Below are positions 27,061-33,619 of a stretch of DNA of 44,722 nucleotides, in pieces (the first letter of the stretch is position 1; every line of letters starts with the position of its first letter). The notes under the pieces are model-generated. The model was not told the DNA's origin. It searched no databases and saw only the letters and a program-made list of their open reading frames with translations. The position numbers and the translations under genes were made by a program. The stretch comes from a virus, in the IMG/VR virus record IMGVR_UViG_3300045988_086091; one strand, written 5' to 3'.

Positions 27061-28044
27061 TTACTTAACAGCTATCCAGCCGCAGAAGTTGAGGCAGCGC
27101 CAAAACATATCCACCTTTCGGAAACCGGCGGTCCGCAGCAGGTCCGCATTCCACTCGGCCTTGAGCGGCGACAGCACATTTTCAAGGCTCCGGCGCTTCG
27201 CCGCGATCTGCTCTTCGGTGTATCCGTTTTCCCGCTTCATCTCGTAGTAGAGCTCGACCATCAGGTCGTCCATGCTCTCGCTGAGGATTTTCTCAACGAA
27301 GATCAGGGCCCCGCCAGGCTCCAGGCCGTCGTAGATCATCCGCAGCATGGACGGGCGGTAGGCCGTCGGCATGAACTGCATAGACAGGACGGACAGGACC
27401 AGGCTCGCCCCCTTCTTGAGCGGCAGGAAGCTCCAGAGGTTCCCCTCCTGGACGGACACTCTCGGCTCATCCTGGAAGCGATCTCGGCAGGCCGCGGCCA
27501 TGGCGGGGGCGTTGTCGATCAGCAGGAAGTCGTTGACCTCTCCGTACTTGGTGACGAAGGGCTCCACAGCCAGGCCGGTGCTGCACCCCACGTCTACGAT
27601 CAGGGTTTCCGGCTTGATGAACCGCTCCCCCAGCTCGTCGCCGATCTCTCCCAGCAGATCGTCAATATCGGATTGCGTGAAGCCGGTGGACAGCAGGTTT
27701 TCGCCGTCGTCGATGAGCTCCTGGAGAATGTCTGCCAGCTGGCCGTAGTCCCATTCGCCGTCCAGCTTGTTCAAGGCGATACAGAGGGCTTTTGCCTGGG
27801 CCTCCGGCATATCCACGACAACGGCGACCGTTTCCGTTTCACCGGCTGCCAGCAGCACGGAAAGCCTCTGGTGCCCGCCGATCAGGCAGTTGTCCCGGAG
27901 GTTCACCACCAGGGGCAGCACCAGGCCGTTTTCCGAGATACTGGCGTCCAGGGCTTTGTACTCCTGGTCTTTGGCCGTGAGCTGCACCCTGGGGTTGTAG
28001 GGCGCAGGCTTGATGTCGGCCAACTTAATTACTCGCGTTTCCAC
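27061..28044 (-). CDS. ParB/Srx-like N-terminal domain fused to a CmoA-like class I SAM-dependent enzyme domain
   Basis: GTG 28044 behind GGAAGGAG. N-terminal IKPAPYNPR...LIGGHQR. C-terminal VGCSTG, IDNAPAM, GLEPGGAL, KRENGYTEEQIAAKRRSLENV and FWRCLNFCGWIAVK align to E. coli CmoA as I recall it. Confidence 0.75.
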   Translation of the reverse strand: METRVIKLADIKPAPYNPRVQLTAKDQEYKALDASISENGLVLPLVVNLRDNCLIGGHQRLSVLLAAGETETVAVVVDMPEAQAKALCIALNKLDGEWDYGQLADILQELIDDGENLLSTGFTQSDIDDLLGEIGDELGERFIKPETLIVDVGCSTGLAVEPFVTKYGEVNDFLLIDNAPAMAAACRDRFQDEPRVSVQEGNLWSFLPLKKGASLVLSVLSMQFMPTAYRPSMLRMIYDGLEPGGALIFVEKILSESMDDLMVELYYEMKRENGYTEEQIAAKRRSLENVLSPLKAEWNADLLRTAGFRKVDMFWRCLNFCGWIAVK

Positions 28045-28073
28045 TTTTCCACTCCTTCCGGTTAAAAATGGGT

Positions 28074-28104
28074 ATAAAAAAGCGGGGCGCTTTCGCGTCC
28101 CGCT
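28074..28104 (-). terminator. Rho-independent terminator after the HAD-like gene
   Basis: 10-bp stem (28081-28090 with 28095-28104, one mismatch), then UUUUUU on the - strand. Confidence 0.6.
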
Positions 28105-28121
28105 GGTGGCCGGGTGTTCGG

Positions 28122-28586
28122 TTATCCAAATAGGCTGCACTGGTCGAAGGACGGAACCTTCACCATGCCCGCCGTCTTGATGAAGCGGTCATAAGGCTGA
28201 GCCTCAATTCCATACCGGGCATACATGGTCCGGGTCTTCGGGTTGCTCTCCACAGCGTAGTAGAGGCTCCCGGTGCTCCCGTGCTTCGGGAAGATGAACC
28301 GCTGGAGGGCGCTCTCCTTGAAGACTGGGGGCTCCCCGTTGATGTCGTTGAAGTACCACTCCTGGGGCTGCCAGCCAGTCTTCCGCTTGATGTTCTCCGT
28401 GGTCTGCTTCATCTGGTAGTCCGGGCGAGCCGTCACGATGATAACATAATCATCCTTGATCGCCTCGATCAGGTCGGCCCGGTATTCCTCGGCCTCCATG
28501 CGCCGGGAGAAGGGGCGAAGCATACGGGTTGTAGCTTGGTTTCCCACAAGGGTATAGTTGAGGTCTAAAAGACAAATCCGCTTCAT
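28122..28586 (-). CDS. HAD-superfamily-like hydrolase (tentative)
   Basis: N-terminal LLDLNYTL (DxDxT-like with Asn at the second Asp position) and VTARP motif. Confidence 0.4.
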   Translation of the reverse strand: MKRICLLDLNYTLVGNQATTRMLRPFSRRMEAEEYRADLIEAIKDDYVIIVTARPDYQMKQTTENIKRKTGWQPQEWYFNDINGEPPVFKESALQRFIFPKHGSTGSLYYAVESNPKTRTMYARYGIEAQPYDRFIKTAGMVKVPSFDQCSLFG

Positions 28587-28624
28587 AGTAGGTTCTCCTT
28601 TTCGGTTGTTATTTTCGCACTATT

Positions 28625-28653
28625 ATTATACCACTTTCCGGGTCGTTTGTCGC
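28625..28653 (-). promoter_or_regulatory. Sigma-70-type promoter for the HAD-like gene
   Basis: On the - strand: GCGACA, 17-nt spacer, TGGTATAAT (extended -10). The leader begins with GUGCGAAAAUA. Confidence 0.5.
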
Positions 28654-28683
28654 AGGTTTTACCAAAAAAGAGCGGATTTTTGC

Positions 28684-28718
28684 AACAAAAAATCAGCCGG
28701 AGATCGTGCTACCGGCTG
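28684..28718 (-). terminator. Rho-independent terminator
   Basis: Stem CAGCCGG/CCGGCUG (28694-28700 with 28712-28718), 11-nt loop, then AUUUUUUG on the - strand. Confidence 0.65.
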
Positions 28719-28758
28719 CTGATCGTGAAGGGAGTATTCAGGTGCAACTTCACATCAT
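28684..28758 (-). ncRNA. Candidate 75-nt small RNA or late-operon leader RNA (6S-like)
   Basis: Bounded by the promoter at 28765-28793 and the terminator at 28684-28718. First hairpin (28725-28753) exposes UUGCACC and CUCC in a 17-nt loop. No ORF. Confidence 0.4.
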
Positions 28759-28764
28759 AAAGGC

Positions 28765-28793
28765 ATTATAACACGTAAAATTGCACCAGTCTA
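28765..28793 (-). promoter_or_regulatory. Sigma-70-type promoter (candidate late promoter)
   Basis: On the - strand: TAGACT, 17-nt spacer, TGTTATAAT (extended -10). Embedded in the GTGCAA repeat array. Confidence 0.5.
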
Positions 28794-28823
28794 TTGCACG
28801 ATTTTTGCACCGATAAATTGCAC
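28781..28823 (-). repeat. Four direct GTGCAA repeats at 13/11/13-nt spacing
   Basis: TTGCAC on the + strand at 28781, 28794, 28805 and 28818. An inverted fifth copy (GGTGCAAC) lies at 28741-28748. Confidence 0.9.
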
Positions 28824-28827
28824 GCCG

Positions 28828-29337
28828 TCACTTTATGGCTTCCGCTCCGTATAGCCAGACCGCGAGCCTTTGCACAAGCCGCTTCCGGTTCCTCCAGACG
28901 GTTGTTGTGTCGCATGGAATGAGCTCCGCCACGCGCTCATCCGGGAGATCGTCAATGTACCTGCCGGTCACGGTCAGGTAGTAGTCGTCCTTCTCGATGG
29001 TGGCAAGGGCCCGCTCCATGGCCTCGATCTCGTATTCATCCGCGGCGATGGTGGCCTCCAGGTCTATCACCGCTGCCTCGAAGATTTCCTCCGGGGTAAG
29101 CCGGACCCCCGACTTGCTGAACCGGGTAATGCTCTTGCTCCGGCCTCTGGGCCCGTACTGCTTGAGCTCTTCCAGGCGCTCCTTGTCATCATCCCGCTTA
29201 TTCCGCAGGACCGGCAGCGCGTAGAGGCGGCGCTCGGTGGCCTTGAAGGCGTCCTTGGCGGTCCTCTCCGCGGATATGCGGCCATCCTCAACGGCCTGGC
29301 GGATGATGTCTTGCGTGCTCTCTTTTGGTTTGCCCAT
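28828..29337 (-). CDS. RinA/ArpU-like late transcriptional activator (sigma-70 region-4-like HTH)
   Basis: ATG 29337 behind GGGAGG. C-terminal DERVAELIPCDTTTVWRNRKRLVQRLAVWLYG. Located upstream of the terminase block. Confidence 0.6.
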   Translation of the reverse strand: MGKPKESTQDIIRQAVEDGRISAERTAKDAFKATERRLYALPVLRNKRDDDKERLEELKQYGPRGRSKSITRFSKSGVRLTPEEIFEAAVIDLEATIAADEYEIEAMERALATIEKDDYYLTVTGRYIDDLPDERVAELIPCDTTTVWRNRKRLVQRLAVWLYGAEAIK

Positions 29338-29345
29338 TGAAATGT

Positions 29346-29402
29346 CGCCTCCCGTGTGGTAAAATAGCTTTGTCACGGGCTGTCTTCCCTTCGGGGGAGG
29401 CG
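29346..29402 (-). promoter_or_regulatory. SD-sequestering structure in the leader of the late activator gene
   Basis: 8-nt CGCCUCCC (29395-29402) is complementary to the SD region GGGAGGCG (29346-29353). An alternative pairing is CCCGUG/CACGGG. Confidence 0.35.
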
Positions 29403-29412
29403 GCTTTTCTTT

Positions 29413-29742
29413 TTACTTACCGTTTACTCCGTTGACCGCCGTCTGGAGCAGGAAGCCCAGGAGCTTCCACACCTGGTCCCTGATCTTGCCCATGCAGATG
29501 TCGCGGCCCACGGGCTCGCTGTAATTCTCCTTGCTGACACAGGCGGAGGCTTCCACGATCTCGAAGCCGTTCCGCAGCACAGCGCGGACAACGGTCGTCT
29601 TATCGCCCATGGTCTGGGTGTGGGTTTCCGCGATGAAGTCATCGACCATATTCGCCCCAATGCTGGGGGCAGAGGCCCCAAGGTCCTCGTTGACGTCCAG
29701 GGCCAGGTCGTTCAGTTGCTCGATGATCTCGTGCTTGTTCAT
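29413..29742 (-). CDS. N4 Gp49 / Sf6 gp66-family protein
   Basis: TTVVRAVLRNGFEIVEASACVSKENYSEPVGRDICMGKIRDQVWKLLGFLLQ matches the family pattern as recalled. SD GGAGG. Confidence 0.6.
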   Translation of the reverse strand: MNKHEIIEQLNDLALDVNEDLGASAPSIGANMVDDFIAETHTQTMGDKTTVVRAVLRNGFEIVEASACVSKENYSEPVGRDICMGKIRDQVWKLLGFLLQTAVNGVNGK

Positions 29743-30284
29743 GGTGTTTCCTCCTTGATGTTTATTCCCTCCAGGAAGAGCAGCACGCCGGGGCCGCCTA
29801 TGCGGACCTCGAAGGGCGCCGCCTCCTGGGGCGTCATGTACTTGTGCCCGTATCGGGCCTTCATGTCCCGCCAGACCTCCCATGGTATCCGGTAGAAGCC
29901 CACCGAGCCGAAAGAGCAGAGGACGAAGGCCAGCGCTCCGAACTGGTGCGCCCTCTCCAGGCGGTCGGCCTGATCTGGTGTCACGCGGTCCTGGTTCATT
30001 CTCTCGGTGTCGGTGTACTTCGCCTCGAAGTTGACCGCCCGGCCCCCGAACAGGAAGCCCTTGTAGTCTGCCTGGGCGGTGCTGACGTAGTGGGCGATGA
30101 ACTTCCCGCCGCCCAGGTCCTTGGTCGGCTGCATGGGCTCCGGCGTCTTCTCGATGTCCGCAATCTGACGGAGCCGGTAAAAGTCGCAGGCCCCGTTTAT
30201 CATCTGCTCAAAGAAGGCACCCTGAGCCCGGTTCTTGCGGTTCTGGTATCTGAGGGCGGCCCTGGCCCTCTCGCTCGGTGTCAT
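29739..30284 (-). CDS. recU: Holliday junction resolvase RecU
   Basis: Motifs GAFFEQMI, ADYKGFLFGGRAVNFEAK and HQFGALAFVL. SD GGGAGGAAG. Confidence 0.75.
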   Translation of the reverse strand: MTPSERARAALRYQNRKNRAQGAFFEQMINGACDFYRLRQIADIEKTPEPMQPTKDLGGGKFIAHYVSTAQADYKGFLFGGRAVNFEAKYTDTERMNQDRVTPDQADRLERAHQFGALAFVLCSFGSVGFYRIPWEVWRDMKARYGHKYMTPQEAAPFEVRIGGPGVLLFLEGINIKEETP

Positions 30285-30429
30285 GCTCTATGATCTTCCT
30301 CCCTTCGGCCTCGGTGAAGAATACGGTCTTCCCCCACGCCTCCAGCATGGAGAGCGTGAAGGGGACCGCCTCGACAATGCGGCGCGGAGTTACGACCTCT
30401 CCAAACAGGAATATTTCGGCCTGCTGCAT
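30208..30429 (-). CDS. Hypothetical 73-aa protein
   Basis: ATG 30429 behind TTAGGAG. Its 3' end overlaps recU by 77 nt. Confidence 0.4.
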   Translation of the reverse strand: MQQAEIFLFGEVVTPRRIVEAVPFTLSMLEAWGKTVFFTEAEGRKIIEHDTEREGQGRPQIPEPQEPGSGCLL

Positions 30430-30447
30430 TGTCAATACTCCTAACTT

Positions 30448-30639
30448 TTAAGGTTTATTTCTTGTTGTTTCACGTGAAAATCCACAATTTCCACCAACTT
30501 TTGCACAGGGTCGGGCAGCTTTCACAAGCTCATCAACGATCCTCCCCTCAGACGTGCCGGCCTTCCGAGCCATTTCCTACAGGTGGAAGGCGGTCTGGCT
30601 GGTAACGCGCAGCGTGATCTTCTTCTTGTGCAGGCTCAT
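30448..30639 (-). pseudogene. Ribbon-helix-helix (CopG/Arc-like) gene interrupted by an in-frame TAG at codon 21
   Basis: ATG 30639 is ATGA-coupled to the upstream gene. Sequence MSLHKKKITLRVTSQTAFHL*EMARKAGTSEGRIVDELVKAA... with the TAG at 30577-30579. Confidence 0.6.
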
Positions 30640-30920
30640 GCCTCGCCCTCGGCTTCTGGCAGGAAGCCACGGCAACGTGCGAGCGTCTTCATTTTGCGGA
30701 TGGTCTGATCGCTCACGCGGATACCGTCTTCTCGGCGGATACCGAGCTCGACCAGGAAGTCGTTGATGATCTCTTCCTTGGTGGGGCCCGCCGGACGCTG
30801 GCCGGCGGCCAGGCTGTCCAGATATTCGCAGAGCTGGGCGTCGGTCATCTTGCGGACCCTGATCGCCCGTTCGTGCTGTTCCTGCTCAAAGTCAGTCCTT
30901 CGGCAGCTTCGCTTCTTCAT
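30636..30920 (-). CDS. Hypothetical 94-aa protein
   Basis: ATG 30920 behind GGAGAAAGGAG, ATGA-coupled to the upstream gene. Confidence 0.55.
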   Translation of the reverse strand: MKKRSCRRTDFEQEQHERAIRVRKMTDAQLCEYLDSLAAGQRPAGPTKEEIINDFLVELGIRREDGIRVSDQTIRKMKTLARCRGFLPEAEGEA

Positions 30921-31664
30921 GTGCTGTTTCTCTCCTTTCTCCTGGGGCACCAGGGCGGCGAAGATCGGGTGTAGCGGCCTGGCACCGGGCGGGCCGGGCG
31001 GTCGTCGTAGCCCTCCGCCTCCCATCCGATCTGACAGGCAATCGCGGTGCCGCGGCGTCCCTGGGGCGTTTCCTCCCGGTGCTCGCACTCCTTGCAATGA
31101 GGGACAGGGCCGGGGCCCTCTGGCATGGATTTCATGCCGTCCGGGAGCTCCCGCATGAGATCATCGCCCCACACAGGCTTGAGGCTGTCTTTCATAAAGA
31201 CCGCCGCGCCTGTGATCTTTGCGGCCTCCACGATCTTCTCCACCCATTCCCGTTTCGGCTGGTGGTATTTACTGCCCGGCCCCGTCATGGCCCCGACGAT
31301 GAGCCAGCGGACGCCCCCGAAACTTCCGACGTCAGGGTCGATGTCTTCCAGCAGGGGTTCAATGCTGAGGAAGGTGTTATAGCCTACGCCCTCGGCGAAG
31401 GCGGGCGCTCCCTTCCCGGTGACGCTGGTCCCGTACCAGAAGTTCGGTTCCGCCGGCAGCTTCCCGGCGTTGGCAAGATCGCAATAGCGCTGGGGGTTCT
31501 TCGTCAGGAACATATAGACGTGCCGGGTCCGGCCTCTCGCAGGCGTGCGGTGCAAACCGGGCGGTAAAGCGCCGGGCATAGCAGTATTCGCAGCCGTGGC
31601 GGCAGCCGGTGACGGGGTTCCAGGTGTGTGTCGCCCACTCTATGGCGGTTTTATGTAGGTTCAT
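30917..31664 (-). pseudogene. DUF5131 (phage Gp37/Gp68) family gene split across two frames
   Basis: N-terminal [25 protein letters not shown] lies in ORF 31377-31664. The remainder (FLTKNPQRY...FLSIEPLLEDI...WLIVGAMTGPG) lies in ORF 30917-31579. The junction is near 31525-31545. Confidence 0.6.
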
Positions 31665-32016
31665 TGCTATTTTCCTTTCCCGTTTTCAGCCAGCCACAGC
31701 GGAGATTGCAGTCCTTGGAGCAGGCGGCGCAGCAGTCGTAGGGCTCCTGGCAGTACGCCGCCGCGCCGCAATGGCCGGATGGGCTCAGGCCGGTTACGCA
31801 AGCCCCGTTGAGGGGGCTCTTTTCCGCTTCCGGCGGCTCCGTCTCCATGTCGAACAGGGAGCATTGGTTCTCATTCATCCGGCGTTCTGCTTCCTCTTGC
31901 CGCATTTTCCGCAGGCAGCAGGGTCCGTATCCATCCCGTATGCCCTGGGCGGAGGTCAGAAGACCTCCGCACCGCTTGCACCTTCGGGCAGGAATGGTGA
32001 ATACATCATCGCTCAT
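31651..32016 (-). CDS. Cys-rich zinc-ribbon-type hypothetical protein
   Basis: N-terminal [22 protein letters not shown] and a C-terminal Cys cluster [19 protein letters not shown]. Confidence 0.55.
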   Translation of the reverse strand: MSDDVFTIPARRCKRCGGLLTSAQGIRDGYGPCCLRKMRQEEAERRMNENQCSLFDMETEPPEAEKSPLNGACVTGLSPSGHCGAAAYCQEPYDCCAACSKDCNLRCGWLKTGKENSNEPT

Positions 32017-32168
32017 AGGGCCCAGGCAGCCAGGATGGCTGCCGCGATCAGGCCCGCCGAGGCTACCTTCGCGCCGTTGCTCCGGTCCGTGACGGTCTTA
32101 CCGCCAAACGCGAAGCAGACGGCAAAGAAGGTCATCAGCAGCACGAAGACAATCACAGCAATTCTCAT
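32013..32168 (-). CDS. 51-aa two-TM membrane protein (below the ORF-track cutoff)
   Basis: ATGA-coupled at both ends. Sequence MRIAVIVFVLLMTFFAVCFAFGGK...[13 protein letters not shown]. Confidence 0.5.
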   Translation of the reverse strand: MRIAVIVFVLLMTFFAVCFAFGGKTVTDRSNGAKVASAGLIAAAILAAWAL

Positions 32169-33052
32169 AAGATGTCCTCCATTCCTACCAGGCCGGACAG
32201 GTGGGCCAGCTTCTCCAGCTCCTTTTCGGTGTTGTCCCCGAAAATCACATGAAGCTGGTTGAGCATGATCTCCACGTCGGCCCGCTCTTCCGCGATGTGG
32301 GCGAGGATTTCCTCCTTGTTGCCCTGCCGGAAGTTGACGTACCGCTTGTACTTATTGAGGGCCACGATCAGCTCCGCCATTTCCTCGGTGGCCTGGTCGA
32401 TCTGGGCGATCTCCCCGAACTTCTCGACAGCGGCCTCATAGAGCGCCATTTCCCGCTGTTCCGGCGTCATGGCCTCTTCGCTGCCGTCCTCCGTCCCAGG
32501 GACAGATACCAAGAGATCAGATTTCAGCGTCAAAGCCGGGCGCACGCCCCTGCTGCCGTAGTACGCGCAGTCGTTGCTGAGGCTCCCGTCCGAGATCACG
32601 CAGCGGACGTAGGAGGTCCCGGAGCTGGCCGGGGTGCCGTCAGGGGTGATAAGCCAGCGCCAGTGTTCCGGCGCGGGGTGCAGATCACGGGTGGCCCGGT
32701 ACTCATCGGCGGTCAACATCGTCACCTTGTCCAGGCACGAGCCGTAGTCCTTGAGGCCGTCGTCCGCGGTCAGGTCCCGGTATGTGGGGACAATGGCGTC
32801 CGCCAGCTCCGGGCACTTCTCGATCAGCTCTTCCAGGAAGGGACCGTTAAGCCGCTTCCGCAGGCTCGCGCCCTTCCAGTCGTTGTTGTTGTCCTCATCG
32901 AAGGCGGCCTGGAACAGGTCTTCCGTGGCCTCGCAGAAGCAGTTGGCCGGGGCGTTCGGATAGGCCGGCGGGTCAACGTGCAGGACCTTCCAGTTGATAC
33001 CGGCCAGATAAAAGGTGCTGCCTCTCTGGAAGGCTTCGAGCTTTTTCTTCAT
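32165..33052 (-). CDS. DUF6273-type domain fused to a MazG-like NTP pyrophosphohydrolase domain
   Basis: ATG 33052 behind GGAGG. Motifs RWLITP...YVRCVISDGSL...GVRPALTL. C-terminal EEMAELIVAL...EERADVEIMLNQL. Confidence 0.6.
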   Translation of the reverse strand: MKKKLEAFQRGSTFYLAGINWKVLHVDPPAYPNAPANCFCEATEDLFQAAFDEDNNNDWKGASLRKRLNGPFLEELIEKCPELADAIVPTYRDLTADDGLKDYGSCLDKVTMLTADEYRATRDLHPAPEHWRWLITPDGTPASSGTSYVRCVISDGSLSNDCAYYGSRGVRPALTLKSDLLVSVPGTEDGSEEAMTPEQREMALYEAAVEKFGEIAQIDQATEEMAELIVALNKYKRYVNFRQGNKEEILAHIAEERADVEIMLNQLHVIFGDNTEKELEKLAHLSGLVGMEDIL

Positions 33053-33165
33053 GGTGTTATCCTCCATTCGTATGCCGGAACGGGCACCGCTCCGGGTCTT
33101 TTCCACAAGTCGTATCCCACATCATCCCCGGCAGCAGGCCGGCGTGGGCTCTACACTGTACTGAG

Positions 33166-33435
33166 CTAAATCCTCCGCAAAGCCAAATCCCCCTCATACT
33201 CCGGGCAGTTGCTTCGCTCGAAGGGTATGCCCTTCTGGACGAAGACCGCTCCGGGCTCATCCGGAGTAACTACTCTGTCTACCCAGGCGAACGGGAGGCC
33301 CTTGCTACGAAGGTGTTCCCGTGCTTCCTCGAAGCCCGGAAGGTCCCACTGGCCGTCCGTGACCGGCGGGCCCGTGTCAAGGTTCGGCCTGTCCTCCTGG
33401 ATGAGGTCAAATAGGCTTATTTGTTCCAGGTTCAC
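33166..33435 (-). CDS. Hypothetical 89-aa protein
   Basis: GTG 33435 behind GGAAGGAG. Ends with TAG. Confidence 0.45.
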   Translation of the reverse strand: MNLEQISLFDLIQEDRPNLDTGPPVTDGQWDLPGFEEAREHLRSKGLPFAWVDRVVTPDEPGAVFVQKGIPFERSNCPEYEGDLALRRI

Positions 33436-33619
33436 TTCCGTTCCGCTCCTTCCTCCCGTACCTCTTGGCCGTCGGTCTGGCCTGGCCGCACCGCTCCGGG
33501 CCATTCAGACACGGGTTCTTGCAGTTGGTATTCCGGTATCCGCAATCGGAGCAGCAGAAGTTACCACGCCGCCGGTCACAGGTGAAGATCATGCAGCCGC
33601 GGGGAGAGGTTTTACTCAT
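33407..33619 (-). CDS. Cys-rich 70-aa hypothetical protein
   Basis: ATGA-coupled. Contains CMIFTCDRRRGNFCCSDCGYRNTNCKNPC. Confidence 0.45.
   Translation of the reverse strand: MSKTSPRGCMIFTCDRRRGNFCCSDCGYRNTNCKNPCLNGPERCGQARPTAKRYGRKERNGSEPGTNKPI

Noticed and set aside
30577-30579. Genome-wide TAG reassignment (alternative genetic code), suggested by the in-frame amber codon in the RHH gene
   Set aside because: TAG ends at least three well-supported genes (12012-12635, 33166-33435 and 40433-40933), each followed by a properly spaced next gene. No other in-frame TAG was seen in the conserved genes.
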